A stretch of 63,403 bases of DNA, counting the filler, from Reclinomonas americana ATCC 50394 (Eukaryota), in the NCBI GenBank assembly GCA_048213135.1. It is 16 parts of 16 records of this genome, joined end to end, with 100 filler letters (N's around TTAATTAATTAA, not from the genome) between each part and the next. Parts side by side here need not be neighbours in the genome. Positions count along the whole stretch, not along the records: positions 10,138 to 15,587 come from AFZH01023072.1; positions 15,688 to 19,777 come from AFZH01023073.1; positions 19,878 to 23,783 come from AFZH01023074.1; positions 23,884 to 27,016 come from AFZH01023075.1; 12 more parts are not named here. One strand, written 5' to 3'. Positions 12,920 to 24,754 of this stretch are shown here, piece after piece. Numbering within the stretch: position 1 is the stretch's first letter; every line of letters begins with the position of its first letter. Position numbers and translations under genes: made by a program. The notes below the pieces were generated by a model, which did no database searches, was not told the origin of the DNA, and worked only from the letters and a program-made list of their open reading frames with translations.

Positions 12920-15900
12920 TCAGCAGTACAGCAAATAGAGCGCATCCGCAGCGGCCACCAACTTGGAGCCGTCGCTGCTGATGGCCAAGGAAGCCCATCT
13001 GCGACTGGATTCACGAGCCGTCCACGTCACGCCGGCATCGGTGGAGGTGTAGATCTGATCATTGGACGCCGCCGCCACCAGCTTGGTGCCGTCGCCGCTG
13101 ATGGTCACACTCGTCCAGAAGCGCACGGGCCCGCGAGCCGTCCACGTTACACCGGAATCAGTGGAGGTGTAGATCTGATCGACATCCCCGCGTGTAGTCG
13201 CCACCAGCTTGGTGCCGTCACTGCTGGAGGCCACCGGACCCCAGAGGCGACTGGATTCACGAGGCGTCCACGTCACGCCCGAGTCAGTGGAAGTGTAAAT
13301 CTGATAGTTCGATGCCGCAGCCACGAGCTTGGTGCCGTCGCTGCTGGAGGCCACTGATACCCAGGGTAGACTGGGTGCCCGAGCCGTCCACGTCACACCA
13401 GAGTCTGTGGAGGTGTAGATATTACTAGATTCATCAACAGCCACCAACTTGGTGCCGTCGCTGTTGGAGGCCACTCCAGTCCAGTCACGAATAGACTCAC
13501 GAGGCGTCCACGTTACACCAGTATCAGTGGAGGTGTAGATCAGACCACCACTCGCCGCGGCCACCAGCTTGGTGCCGTCACTGTTCATGGCTGCCGCCAA
13601 CCACGACTGTGCGGACGCGCGAGCAGTCCACGTCACACCGGAGTCCGTGGAGATGTAAATTTGTGTTCCAGGTCCCACAGCTGCCACGACGGTGCCGTCA
13701 CTGCTGGAGGCCACCGAGAACCAAGGAGCGGCCACTTGCAGGCCATTCGACCTCACCGATGCCCACGTCACACCAGAGTTAGTGGAAATATAGACCTGGC
13801 CGAGGTTCACAACAGCCACCAGCTTGGTGCCGTCACTGCTGGAGGCCACCGAGAACCAGCTGCGACCGGAATCACGAGCCGTCCACGTCACGCCAGAGTC
13901 AGTGGAAGTGTAAATCAGTCCACCGTTTACCGTGGCCGCCAGCCTGGTGCCGTCACTGCTGGAGGTCACAGACGTCCAATTACGACCGGATTCGCGCGCT
14001 GTCCACGTCACGCCCGAGTCAGTGGAAGTGTAGATTTGATCACCGCCCGCCACCGCCACCAGCTTCGTGCCATCACTGCTGGAGGCCACAGACTTCCAAT
14101 TGCGACCGGATTCGCGTGCCGTCCACGTCTCGCCCGAGTCAGTGGAAGTGTAGATTTGATCAGCGTCCGCCACCGCCACCAGCTTCGTGCCGTCACTACT
14201 GGAGGCCACTGCACGCCAAAAGCGACCAGAGTCACGAGCCGTCCACGTCACGCCGGAATCGGTGGAGGTGTAAATCTGACGGAAAAGTCCCGCAGCCACC
14301 AGCTTGGTCCCGTCGCTGCTGGAGGCCACTGCTGACCAGGCGGCAAAATCACCGCCAGCAGTCCACGTCACGCCGGAGTCAGTGGAGACGTAAACTCGAT
14401 CAAATAGCGCCGCAGCCACGAGCACGGTGCCGTCGCTGCTGGAGGCCACTGAAATCCAGTTGCGACTGGACTCACGGGCCGTCCACGTCGCACCCGAATC
14501 GACTGAGGTGAATATACGACCAGTAGTTGTCGGCCCACCCACAACGGCCACGAGCTTCTTGCCGTCACTGCTGGAGGCCACAGACTGCCAACTGCCCACG
14601 GACGCGAGAGTGGTATCAGCGGCGCAGGTTGAGCAAGCGGAACCTGATGGCAAACAGCCGAAGAGAATGTGGGTCGGAGTGACAGGTTAACTAGAGCAGC
14701 AACGGTACCACACCACTCACCACTCCATGACATATCACACAGACACGTGCCGTCAGGGTTGCACGTTCCGTGACCAGAGCACGTGGTGGCGCGACTACAG
14801 TTGGTGTAGTTGCCAGTGCATCCCGACTTGCAGTCCACAAAACGGCCGCTTGGAGCATTGAAGCGCGCAAATGACGTCCCAGCAGTGCAGCGACCGGGGT
14901 CGGCGATGCACTCGCAGCGTGCGCCGCTGCTGGGTGCATTGCACTTGCAGAAGCCGGCGACGCACAGACCGCCATTGATGGCTTGACCGTTGGTCAGCTT
15001 GGCGCCAGCATCCACCGACAGACAGTCGGCATTCACCGTGCACGAAGAGCGCGGCAACGCGCAGTACAGGCCGTCGAAACCCGGCTTGCACACACACTTG
15101 CCACTGGTGGTGTCACACGTGCCGTTGCCGCTGCAGGTGGTGGCTGCGTCGCAGTAGACAGAGCACGAGGTGCCGAAGTACTTGGGGTTGCAGATGCACG
15201 TGGCGGTACTGGAGCACGTGCCCTGGCCGTTGCAGGTGGTGGAGGCCTGCGGGTGGGGGAAGGGGAAGGGAGAAGGGAAGGAAGAGGGTAAGGGAGAAGG
15301 ATGAGGGAACGGAGGTGAGGGTGAGGGTAAGGGTAGGTACAGGGAGAATTTGAGAGGGAATGGAGGAGAGGGGGAGGGAAGAGGGAGAGAGAAGAGGGAA
15401 ATGGGGGAGAGGGAGAGGGTGGGGTGAGGGTGAGGGTGGGGTGAGGGTGAGGGAGAGTGAGAGAGTGGCGAGTCTCATCGTAGGTGGGGACAGCGGGAGA
15501 GAGAGAGAGGAGGGAGAGAGAGAGGAGGAGAGAGAGAGAAGAAAGAAATAACGAAAGGACGGAACGGAAGTAAAGTAGGTAAGGGTTNNNNNNNNNNNNN
15601 NNNNNNNNNNNNNNNNNNNNNNNNNNNNNNNTTAATTAATTAANNNNNNNNNNNNNNNNNNNNNNNNNNNNNNNNNNNNNNNNNNNNTGCATAAGAGAGC
15701 TGCGGAAAGAACGAAAGCAAATCTGTGAAAAGAAGGCGCCAAGCAGTTGACAAGCCACTCACACGAACTCCGTCACACCAATCATCACCTCTTTCTCTCC
15801 CTCACTCACCTGGCAGAACTTGTCGCAATTCGTGCCATAATAGTTGAGGGCGCACTGATCACACGCCGCGCCAGTCCAGTTCTTGGTGGAGCACACACAC

Positions 15901-17138
15901 GACCCGGCGCTGTCGCACGTTCCACGACCGCTGCACGTGGTGGCCGCACTGCAGAACTTGCTGCAGGTCGCCCCGTAGTAGTTCGCCTTGCACTGGGTGC
16001 ACGAGGCACCGGTGAAGTTGCCGGTGCACACACACTGGCCATTTGTGTCGCACGTGCCGTTGCCGGAGCAGGTCTTGACGGCGGTGCAGAACTTGGAGCA
16101 GTTGGCGGTGAAGTAGTTGGCGAGGCACACGCACTGCCCGCTCGAGTTGCAGCTGCCATTGTAGCTGCAGGTGGTGCCGGGATTGCAAAGGGTGCTGCAC
16201 GTGGCGCCGTAGTAGTCCGGCTTGCACTGGTTGCACGAGGCGCCGGTGAAGTTGCCGGAGCACACGCACTGACCGCTCGAGTTGCAGGTGCCGTGGCCGT
16301 TGCATGTCGTCGCCGCAGTGCACAAGACGTTGCACGTGGCGCCATAGTAGTTGGTGTTGCACTGGCAGGCACCAGCAGCGCTGCAGGTGCCGTTGTTGTT
16401 GCAGGTGGTGGGCGAGCACTGCGGCACAGGCGAAGATGAAACCCGCTGCGTCGGGGACTGTGTCGGAGAGTGAGCAACGAAAAAACAGAAGAGGTAGAAA
16501 GCGAGAAAGTGGAGGAGGAGGCGGGGAGGGAGAGGAAGTGGAGGTATAGAGATGAGGGAAGAGTGGGAGGAGGAGGAGGAGGCGCAGAGGGGGAGGAAGA
16601 GCGAGAGGGAGTGGAGGTATAGAGATGAGAGAGAGGGGAAAGTGGGATGAGGAGGAGGAGGAGGAGGAGGAGGAGGAGGAGGAGGAGGAGGCGGGGAGGG
16701 AGAGGAAGAGCGTGACGGAGTTGAGGTATAGAGATGAGAGAGAGGGGAGAGTGGGAGGAGGAGGAGGAGGAGGAGGCGGAGGAGGAGGAGGAGGAGGAGG
16801 AGGCGTAGAGGGGGAGGAAGAGCGAGAGGGAGTGGAGGTATAGAGATGAGCGAGAGGGAGGGAGGGAGGGAGAGAGAGAAAGAGAGAGAGAGAGGAGGGC
16901 AAGGAGGAGGCAGAGGAGGAGGAGAAGGAGGGGAAGGAGGAGGAGGAAGATCTCAATGCTCTCAAGTGCGGTGCTCAGGCACGGCGAAGGGGCTGTGACG
17001 GAGTATGAGAGAGAGGAGGACACGGAAAGAATCTTCACTTCGATATCTTGCATGCAAAACGCAACATTCACTCCGCACTCGTTGCCGGTGGCGGTGCACG
17101 TTCCGCCTGTGCGCAAAAGGTTAATGTGTGTATGCAAT

Positions 17139-17174
<36 letters not shown>

Positions 17175-17305
17175 CGAGAGAAAGAAAAGAGAAGAGAGAG
17201 AGAGAGTCGCACAAATGTGTCGGATCATTACTTGCCTTGAGCGTACGCCATGCTGATCACTGCGACGAGGCACGCCACAAAGAGCGCAATTTTCATGGCC
17301 CACAT
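12920..17305 (-). CDS. Array copy B: secreted EGF stalk + 14-repeat propeller protein (shortest stalk; exon 3 absent)
   Basis: Signal peptide exon MWAMKIALFVACLVAVISMAYAQ (ATG 17305), exon 2 at ~17070-17107, EGF exons 15810-16418 and ~14722-15246, propeller exon 12920-14643 ending YLLYC*. Closest paralog of copy A. Confidence 0.85.
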
Positions 17306-17964
17306 TGTCTGCGTGCAAGAAGGTGTTAATGTGAGTGAGCGAGTGGGGGAGAGCGGGTCACGACATGTCGCATGGGCGGACGACGGGGAGGCAAACCAAC
17401 GCAGAGAAAACACGGAAGAAGCAACACGCGCACGCATATGCATATGATGAGAAGGAAGACGAGGAAGAGACAGGGGGAGATGAGAGGCGCAGCGCGGAGA
17501 CTTAAACAGCACAAAGAGCGCAGTGTGGAGTGTACATGTATATACATGATAAACAAGAGCTCGAGGTCACGCGCAAGACGTTGAAAAGTGCGAGTGAAAG
17601 GCACAAGCGAACATCTGTGAGAGAGCGAATGAACAGTGGCGGCAGCGCGGTTTCTCCCTGCTCACCGAAAGCGTGTTTGAATAACTTTGAATCTTGCAAA
17701 GAAAGCGAAACTCCTCGCTGCGATGCGGATAAATTCATTAGTACTCATGAGTTCTTTTCGGACAGCGCTTCGCCGCCTTCCCTGTCATCTTCGACTTGTT
17801 GGCAACGCGGACGTCAGAAACCTCGAATACCACATGTTTGTACTTCAGCGGTATTCTCCAAAACGAAATGGTGTGTTGAAGACCAAAGTAGAAGGAAGAA
17901 ATGCACAACAAGCGCACCACGACAGTCAGCCAGCTGACTCCCTCGCGCACACAAAAAAACAACA

Positions 17965-20900
17965 TTAACAGTACAACAGATAAATGGTATCCGCAGCGAC
18001 AACCACCTTGGTGCCGTCGCTGCTGGAGGACACTGCATTCCAGTTGCGAATGGCATCACGAGCCGTCCACGTCACGCCAGAGTCGGAGGAGGAGTAGATT
18101 TGGCCACTGCTTGTTACGACAGCCACCAGCTTGGTGCCGTCACTGCTGGAGGCCACGGATCGCCACACGCGATTGGCGTCAGTCAGTCGAGCAGTCCACG
18201 TCACGCCAGAGTCGGTGGAGGTGTAGATCTGACCGACACTCACCACACCCGCCAGCTTCGTGCCGTCGCTGCTGGAGGCGATTGAGAACCAGCTGCGATT
18301 GGCATCCGTCTGTCTGGGTGTCCATGTCGCACCAGAGTCAGTGGAGGTGTAAACCTTTCCACCATTCACCGCAGCCGCCAGCTTGGCGCCGTCACTGCTG
18401 GAGGCCACACCACGCCAGTTGCGACTGGAATCTTGCGTTGACCAATTGGCACCAGAGTCGGTGGAGGTGTAAAGCAGAGAGTTTTGCGCCGCAGCCACCA
18501 TCTTGGTGCCGTCGCTGCTGGAGGCGAGAGAGCTCCAGTTGCGATTGGCATTGGTGACTCCAGCAGTCCACGTCACACCAGAGTCGCGGGAGACGTACAA
18601 CTGAGAATTGTTGGCCCCAGCCACCAGCACGCTACCGTCGCTATTGGAGGCCACCGACAGCCAGTTGCGATGAGACTCGCGCGCCGCCCACGTCACGCCA
18701 GAGTCATTCGAGACAAAAATATTAGTACCAGTCCCCACAGCGGCCAGCACGTTACTGTCGCCACTTACGGTCACTGCCGTCCATATAACGGCGCCTGGTG
18801 GTGTACGCACGGATGCCAGCGCTGTCCACGTTGCACCAGAGTCAGCGGAGATGTAAATCTGACCCGGGACCACACCGGCCACAAGCCTGGTGCCGTCACT
18901 GCTGGAGGCCACTGAACCCCACTGGCGACTCGAGTCACGAGCCGTCCACGTCACGCCAGAGTCGGTGGAAACGTAGATCTGACCAGGGAATGCCACAGCC
19001 ACCAGCTTCGTGCCGTCACTGTTAGAGGCCACTGATGTCCAGTTGCGAGTGGCATCGCGAGGCGTCCACGTCACGCCAGAGTCGGCGGAGGTGTAAAGCT
19101 GACCAGATGACTCAGCAGCCACAAGCATCGTGCCGTCGCTGCTGGAGGCAAGGGATATCCAGTTGCGAGTGGCATCGCGAGCTGTCCACGTCGCACCAGA
19201 GTCAGTGGAGGTGTAAAGCTGACCAGATGACTCAGCAGCCACAAGCTTCGTGCCGTCACTGCTGGAGGCCACTGCTTGCCACGCGCGAGTGGAATCGCGA
19301 GGGGTCCATGTCGCACCAGTATCAATGGAGGTGTAAATCTGGTCGTTGTTTGCTACAGCCACGAGCTTGGTACCGTCAGTACTGGAGGCCACTCCAGTCC
19401 ACATGCGACTGGACTCACGACCCAACCACGTTACGCCCGAGTCCGTGGAGGTGTAAATCTGGTTGTTGTTTGCCACAGCCGCCAGCTTGGTGCCGTCGTT
19501 GCTGGAGGCCACAGATTGCCACTGGCGATTGGCATCTGTGAATCGAGTCGTCCACGTTGCGCCAGAATCAGTGGAGGTGTACATCAGACCAGTGTTCACC
19601 GCAGCCACCAGCTTGGTGCCATCACTGCTTGAGGCCAGTACTCTCCACCGACTAACAAATGTCAGAGTTGGAGCAGCAGCGCAAGTCGAGCACGCAGAAT
19701 CTGGTTTTTTGACCAACAACACATCAGCAGTTGGAACAACACGTATGCAATCACCATAAACAGCATCACCACTCACCNNNNNNNNNNNNNNNNNNNNNNN
19801 NNNNNNNNNNNNNNNNNNNNNTTAATTAATTAANNNNNNNNNNNNNNNNNNNNNNNNNNNNNNNNNNNNNNNNNNNNCGTGGCCGCCACGCAGTTCACGT
19901 TGCACGATGCGCCGTAGTAGTCCGAGTTGCACAGACACGTGCCGTCACTCTTGCACGTTCCGTGGCCAGAGCACGTGACGGTGGGACTGCAGTTGCAACT
20001 GGCATTGGTGTAGTCGCCAGTGCACTGGCACGAGCCGTCAGGGTTGCACGTTCCGTGGCCAGAGCACGTGGTGGCCGCCACGCAGTTCACGTTGCACGAT
20101 GCGCCGTAGTAGTCCGAGTTGCACTGGCATGTGCCGTCGCTCTTGCACGTGCCGTGACCGGAGCACGTGGTAGAGGGACTGCAGTTGCAGCTGGCATTGG
20201 TGTAGTCGCCCGTGCACAGGCACGTGCCGTCACTCTTGCACGTTCCGTGACCGGAGCATGTCGTGGCCGCCACGCAGTTCACGTTGCACGATGTGCCGTA
20301 GTAGTCCGAGTTGCACTGGCATGTGCCGTCGCTCTTGCACGTGCCGTGACCGGAGCACGTGGTAGAGGGACTGCAGTTGCAGCTGGCATTGGTGTAGTCG
20401 CCCGTGCACTGGCAGGTGCCGTCACTTTTGCACGTTCCATGACCGGAGCATGTCGTGGCCGCCACACAGTTCACGTTGCACGATGCGCCGTAGTAGTCCG
20501 AGTTGCACTGGCATGTGCCGTCGCTCTTGCACGTGCCGTGACCAGAGCACGTGGTAGAGGGACTGCAGTTGCAACTGGCATTGGTGTAGTCGCCCGTGCA
20601 CTGGCACGTGCCGTCACTCTTGCACGTTCCATGACCGGAGCACGTCGTGGCCGCCACGCAGTTCACGTTGCACGATGCGCCGTAGTAGTCCGAGTTGCAC
20701 TGGCATGTGCCGTCACTCTTGCACGTTCCATGTCCAGAGCACGTGACGCTGGGACTGCAGTTGCAGCTGGCATTGGTGTAGTCGCCCGTGCACTGGCACG
20801 AGCCGTCAGTCTTGCACGTTCCGTGACCGGAGCACGTGGTAGAGGGACTGCAGTTGCAACTGGCGTTGGTGTAGTCGCCCGTGCACTGGCAGGTGCCGTC

Positions 20901-23900
20901 ACTCTTGCACGTTCCATGACCGGAGCACGTCGTGGCCGCCACGCAGTTCACGTTGCACGATGTGCCGTAGTAGTCCGAGTTGCACTGGCATGTGCCGTCA
21001 CTCTTGCACGTTCCGTGACCAGAGCAAGTGGTAGAGGGACTGCAGTTGCAACTGGTATTAGTGTAGTCGCCCGTGCACTGGCAGGTGCCGTCCGTCTTGC
21101 AGGCTCCGTGGCCAGAGCACGTCGTGGCCGCCACGCAGTTCACGTTGCACGATGTGCCGTAGTAGTCAGAGTTGCACTGGCACGTGCCGTCACTCTTGCA
21201 CGTTCCGTGGCCAGAGCACGTGGTAGAGGGACTGCAGTTGCAACTGGCATTGGTGTAGTCGCCCGTGCACTGGCAAGTGCCGTCACTCTTGCACGTTCCA
21301 TGACCGGAGCACGTCGTGGCCGCCACGCAGTTCACGTTGCACGATGTGCCGTAGTAGTCCGAGTTGCACTGGCATGTACCGTCACTCTTGCACGTTCCAT
21401 GTCCAGAGCACGTGACGCTGGGACTGCAGTTGCAGCTGGCATTGGTGTAGTCGCCCGTGCATTGGCAGGTGCCGTCACTCTTGCACGTTCCGTGACCGGA
21501 GCACGTGGTAGAGGGACTGCAGTTGCAACTGGCATTGGTGTAGTCGCCCGTGCACTGGCACGTGCCGTCAGTCTTGCACGTTCCGTGACCGGAGCACGTC
21601 GTGGCCGCCACACAGTTCACGTTGCACGATGCGCCGTAGTAGTCCGAGTTGCACTGGCATGTGCCGTCACTCTTGCACGTGCCGTGACCAGAGCATGTGA
21701 CGCTGGGACTGCAATTGCAGCTGGCATTGGTGTAGTCGCCCGTGCACTGGCACGAGCCGTCAGGGTTGCACGTTCCGTGACCAGAGCACGTCGTGGCAGA
21801 ATTGCAGTTGGTGTAGTTGCCGGAGCACGTCGACTTGCAGTCCACAAAACGGCCGCTCGGTGCGCTGAAGCGCGCAAACGACATAAAGCCAGAGCAGCGA
21901 CCGGGATCGGCGATGCACTCGCAGTGCGCGCCGCTGCTGGGTGCATTGCACTTGCAGAAGCCGGCGACGCACAGACCGCCATTGATGGCTTGGCCGTTGG
22001 CCAGCTTGGCGCCGGCGTCCACCGAGAGACAGTCGGCATTCACCGTGCACGAAGAACGCGGAAGCGAGCAGTACAGGCCATCGAACCCCGGCTTGCACAC
22101 GCACTTGCCGCTGGCGGTGTCGCACGTGCCGTTGCCGCTGCAGGTGACAGCCGCGTCGCAGTAGACGGAGCACGAGGTGCCGTAGTACTTGGCGTTGCAG
22201 ATGCACGTCGCGTCACTGGAGCAAGTGCCCTGGCCGCTGCAGGTGGTGGAGGCCTGGCGGGTGGGGGAGAGACGAGTGAGAAGGGAGGGGAGAAAAGGAG
22301 AGGGAGAAGGGTGAGGGAATGGAGGAGACGGTGAGGGTAAGGTAGAGGGAGAAGTAAGGGGAGAAGTAAGGTGAGAAAGGAGGAGAGGGGGAGGGAAGAG
22401 GGAGAGAGAAGAAGGAAATGGGGGAGACAGAAGAGGGAAATGGGGGACAGAAAAGAGGGAAGAAGAAAGAGAGAGAGGGTGAGGGGAAGGGAGAGAGAGA
22501 GAAACAGGTGAAACAGGAGAGAATGAGAAGAATTTAGAAAGCTGATTGCAGAAAACGAAAGTGAGATCGGTGACGAGCACGGAGGGCGAGACTACAGCGC
22601 GAAGAGAAGAAAGAGAAAACAGACTTTGTCGTGGAAGATGGCAAGTGAGCATCCCACTCTCTCTCACACACACGCCCTCCCTCTCTCTTCCGTAAACTCT
22701 TTCCTCTCTCTCCACCACGCTCACCTGGCAAAACTTGTCACAAATCATGTCGTAATAGTTGACGGCGCACAGATCGCACGCCGCGCCAGTCCAGTTCTTG
22801 GTGGAGCACACACACGACCCGGTGCTGTCACACGTTCCACGACCGCTGCACGTGGTGGCTGCGTCGCAGAACTTGCTGCAGGTCGCCCCGTAGTAGTTCG
22901 CCTTGCACTGGGTGCACGAGGTGCCGGTGAAGTTGCCGGTGCACACACACTGGCCATTTGTGTCGCACGTGCCATTGCCAGAGCACGTCTTGGCCGCGGT
23001 GCAGAGCTTGGAGCAGTTGGCGGTGAAGTAGTTGGCGAGGCACACGCACTGCCCGCTCGAGTTGCAGCTGCCATTGTAGCTGCAGGTGATGCCGGGATTG
23101 CAAAGGGTGCTGCACGTGGCGCCGTAGTAGTCCGGCTTGCACTGGTTGCACGAGGTGCCGGTGAAGTTGCCGGAGCACACGCACTGCCCGCTCGAATTGC
23201 AGGTGCCGTGGCCGTTGCATGTCGTCGCCGCAGTGCACAACACGTTGCACGTGGCGCCATAGTAGTTGGTGTTGCACTGGCAGGCACCAGCTGTGCTGCA
23301 GGTGCCGTTGTTGTTGCAGGTGGCGGGCGAGCACTTTGTTTCACACTTGGCACCGGAGAAGCCCGTGTTGCAGACGCAGGTGCCACTGCTGGTGCAGGAG
23401 GCGGCGTTGTTTGCGCATGTCACGTATGGGTGGCACGAGCAGAAGGGACCAGCCCAGCTGGAGGAGCGGAAAAGGGAGAGGAGTGAGTGGGGGGAAATGC
23501 GCACAGAGAATGGGCAGCACAGATTATGACTCACGTGGCGCACACATTGGCACCGCTGCTCGTGGTGTAGCAGTTGTTGTGGCAGGTGCACTTTCCGCCG
23601 GAGCAGAAACCCTGTGTGGAAGGGGAAGAGGTGGGTGAGGGAACAGAGACAGGAGGGAGGAGGAGGAGGCGGGAGAGAAAGAGAGAGAGGGTGGGAGGGA
23701 GGGAGGGAGGGAGGGAGGGAGAGAGAGAGAGGAGGGCGAAGGAGGAGGAGGAGGAGGCAGAGGAGAGAGGAGGAGGAGGGGAANNNNNNNNNNNNNNNNN
23801 NNNNNNNNNNNNNNNNNNNNNNNNNNNTTAATTAATTAANNNNNNNNNNNNNNNNNNNNNNNNNNNNNNNNNNNNNNNNNNNNGAGAGAGAGTTGCGCAA

Positions 23901-24005
23901 ACAAGTGTTTGTGTGTCGTCAATAATCGTACTTGCCTTGCGCGTAAGCCATGCTGGCCACCGCGATGAGGCACACCACAAAGAGTGCAATCTTCATTACA
24001 CACAT
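17965..24005 (-). CDS. Array copy C: secreted long EGF stalk + 14-repeat propeller protein
   Basis: Signal peptide exon MCVMKIALFVVCLIAVASMAYAQ (ATG 24005). Exon 2 is presumably in the gap at 23784. EGF exons ~23534-23611, ~22724-23457 and 19878-~22253 (truncated by a gap). Propeller exon 17965-~19700 ending YLLYC*. Confidence 0.83.
19878..21800 (-). repeat. Coding tandem repeat of 93/99-bp EGF units (31/33 aa) in copy C
   Basis: Near-identical, mostly alternating units CSPSTTCSGHGTCKSDGTCQCNSDYYGASCNVN and CVAATTCSGHGTCKSDGTCQCTGDYTNASCN. Confidence 0.92.
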
Positions 24006-24754
24006 CGTCTGCGTGCAAGAAGGTGTTCATGTGAGTGAGCGAGCGAGTGAGAGTGGGAGTGCTGGTCACGACATGTCGTCGCATGGGCGGACGAGGGAGG
24101 GGAAACAAACCAACGCAGAGAAGAAGACACACAGGGGACACAGCAAGCGCACGCATATGCATTAGGAGGAGGAGGAGACTGAGAGTGAGAGGAACGGAGA
24201 GCGACACAACACGCAGCGAGCAGTGTGATGAGTGTGAGCAAGAGGTCACGCGCGCGCGCATGACGTGGACAAGTGAGAGTGATGCATGCGCAAGCGAACG
24301 AAAGTGTGGTGACAGCACAGTGTATCCACCAAACCATGTGGTTTTGTTTGCTCACCAAATATTTAGAATCTTGCAAAAAGCAGATTGCATGCAGCGCGCC
24401 GTATGCGGAGAAACATTGAAACTTCTTTCGAACGGTACGTCCACGCGGGTCTAAACACGTTGGTGCACGCTCTTCCTCTCCTCCTCTCCTCCTCCTCGTC
24501 GCCATCGACTCTGCTATCAACGCCGACGTCAACAACTTTGGATGCATGCTCGTAATCTGCTGCAGCAGCGGTATTCTCGAAAAATGAAAAACTGAGATGC
24601 GCATGCGTACGCCGGTTTCAATTGACGAAAAGTACAGCGCTGCGGTGGTGGGGATGAATCATATGCATTGAAAGGCCAAAGTAGAAGAAAAGGCACAAAA
24701 AGCGCACCACGACAGTCAGCCAGCTGACTCCCTCGCGCACACAAAAAACCAACA

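Noticed and set aside
15859..17212. Pro/Ser/Leu-rich ORFs
   Set aside because: They derive from GGA/GA microsatellite intron sequence.
19962..22334. Long + strand ORFs (790 aa here, 588 aa at 33994, 365 aa at 35849) rich in Ala/Arg/Val
   Set aside because: These are antisense shadows of repetitive, codon-biased EGF exons on the - strand.
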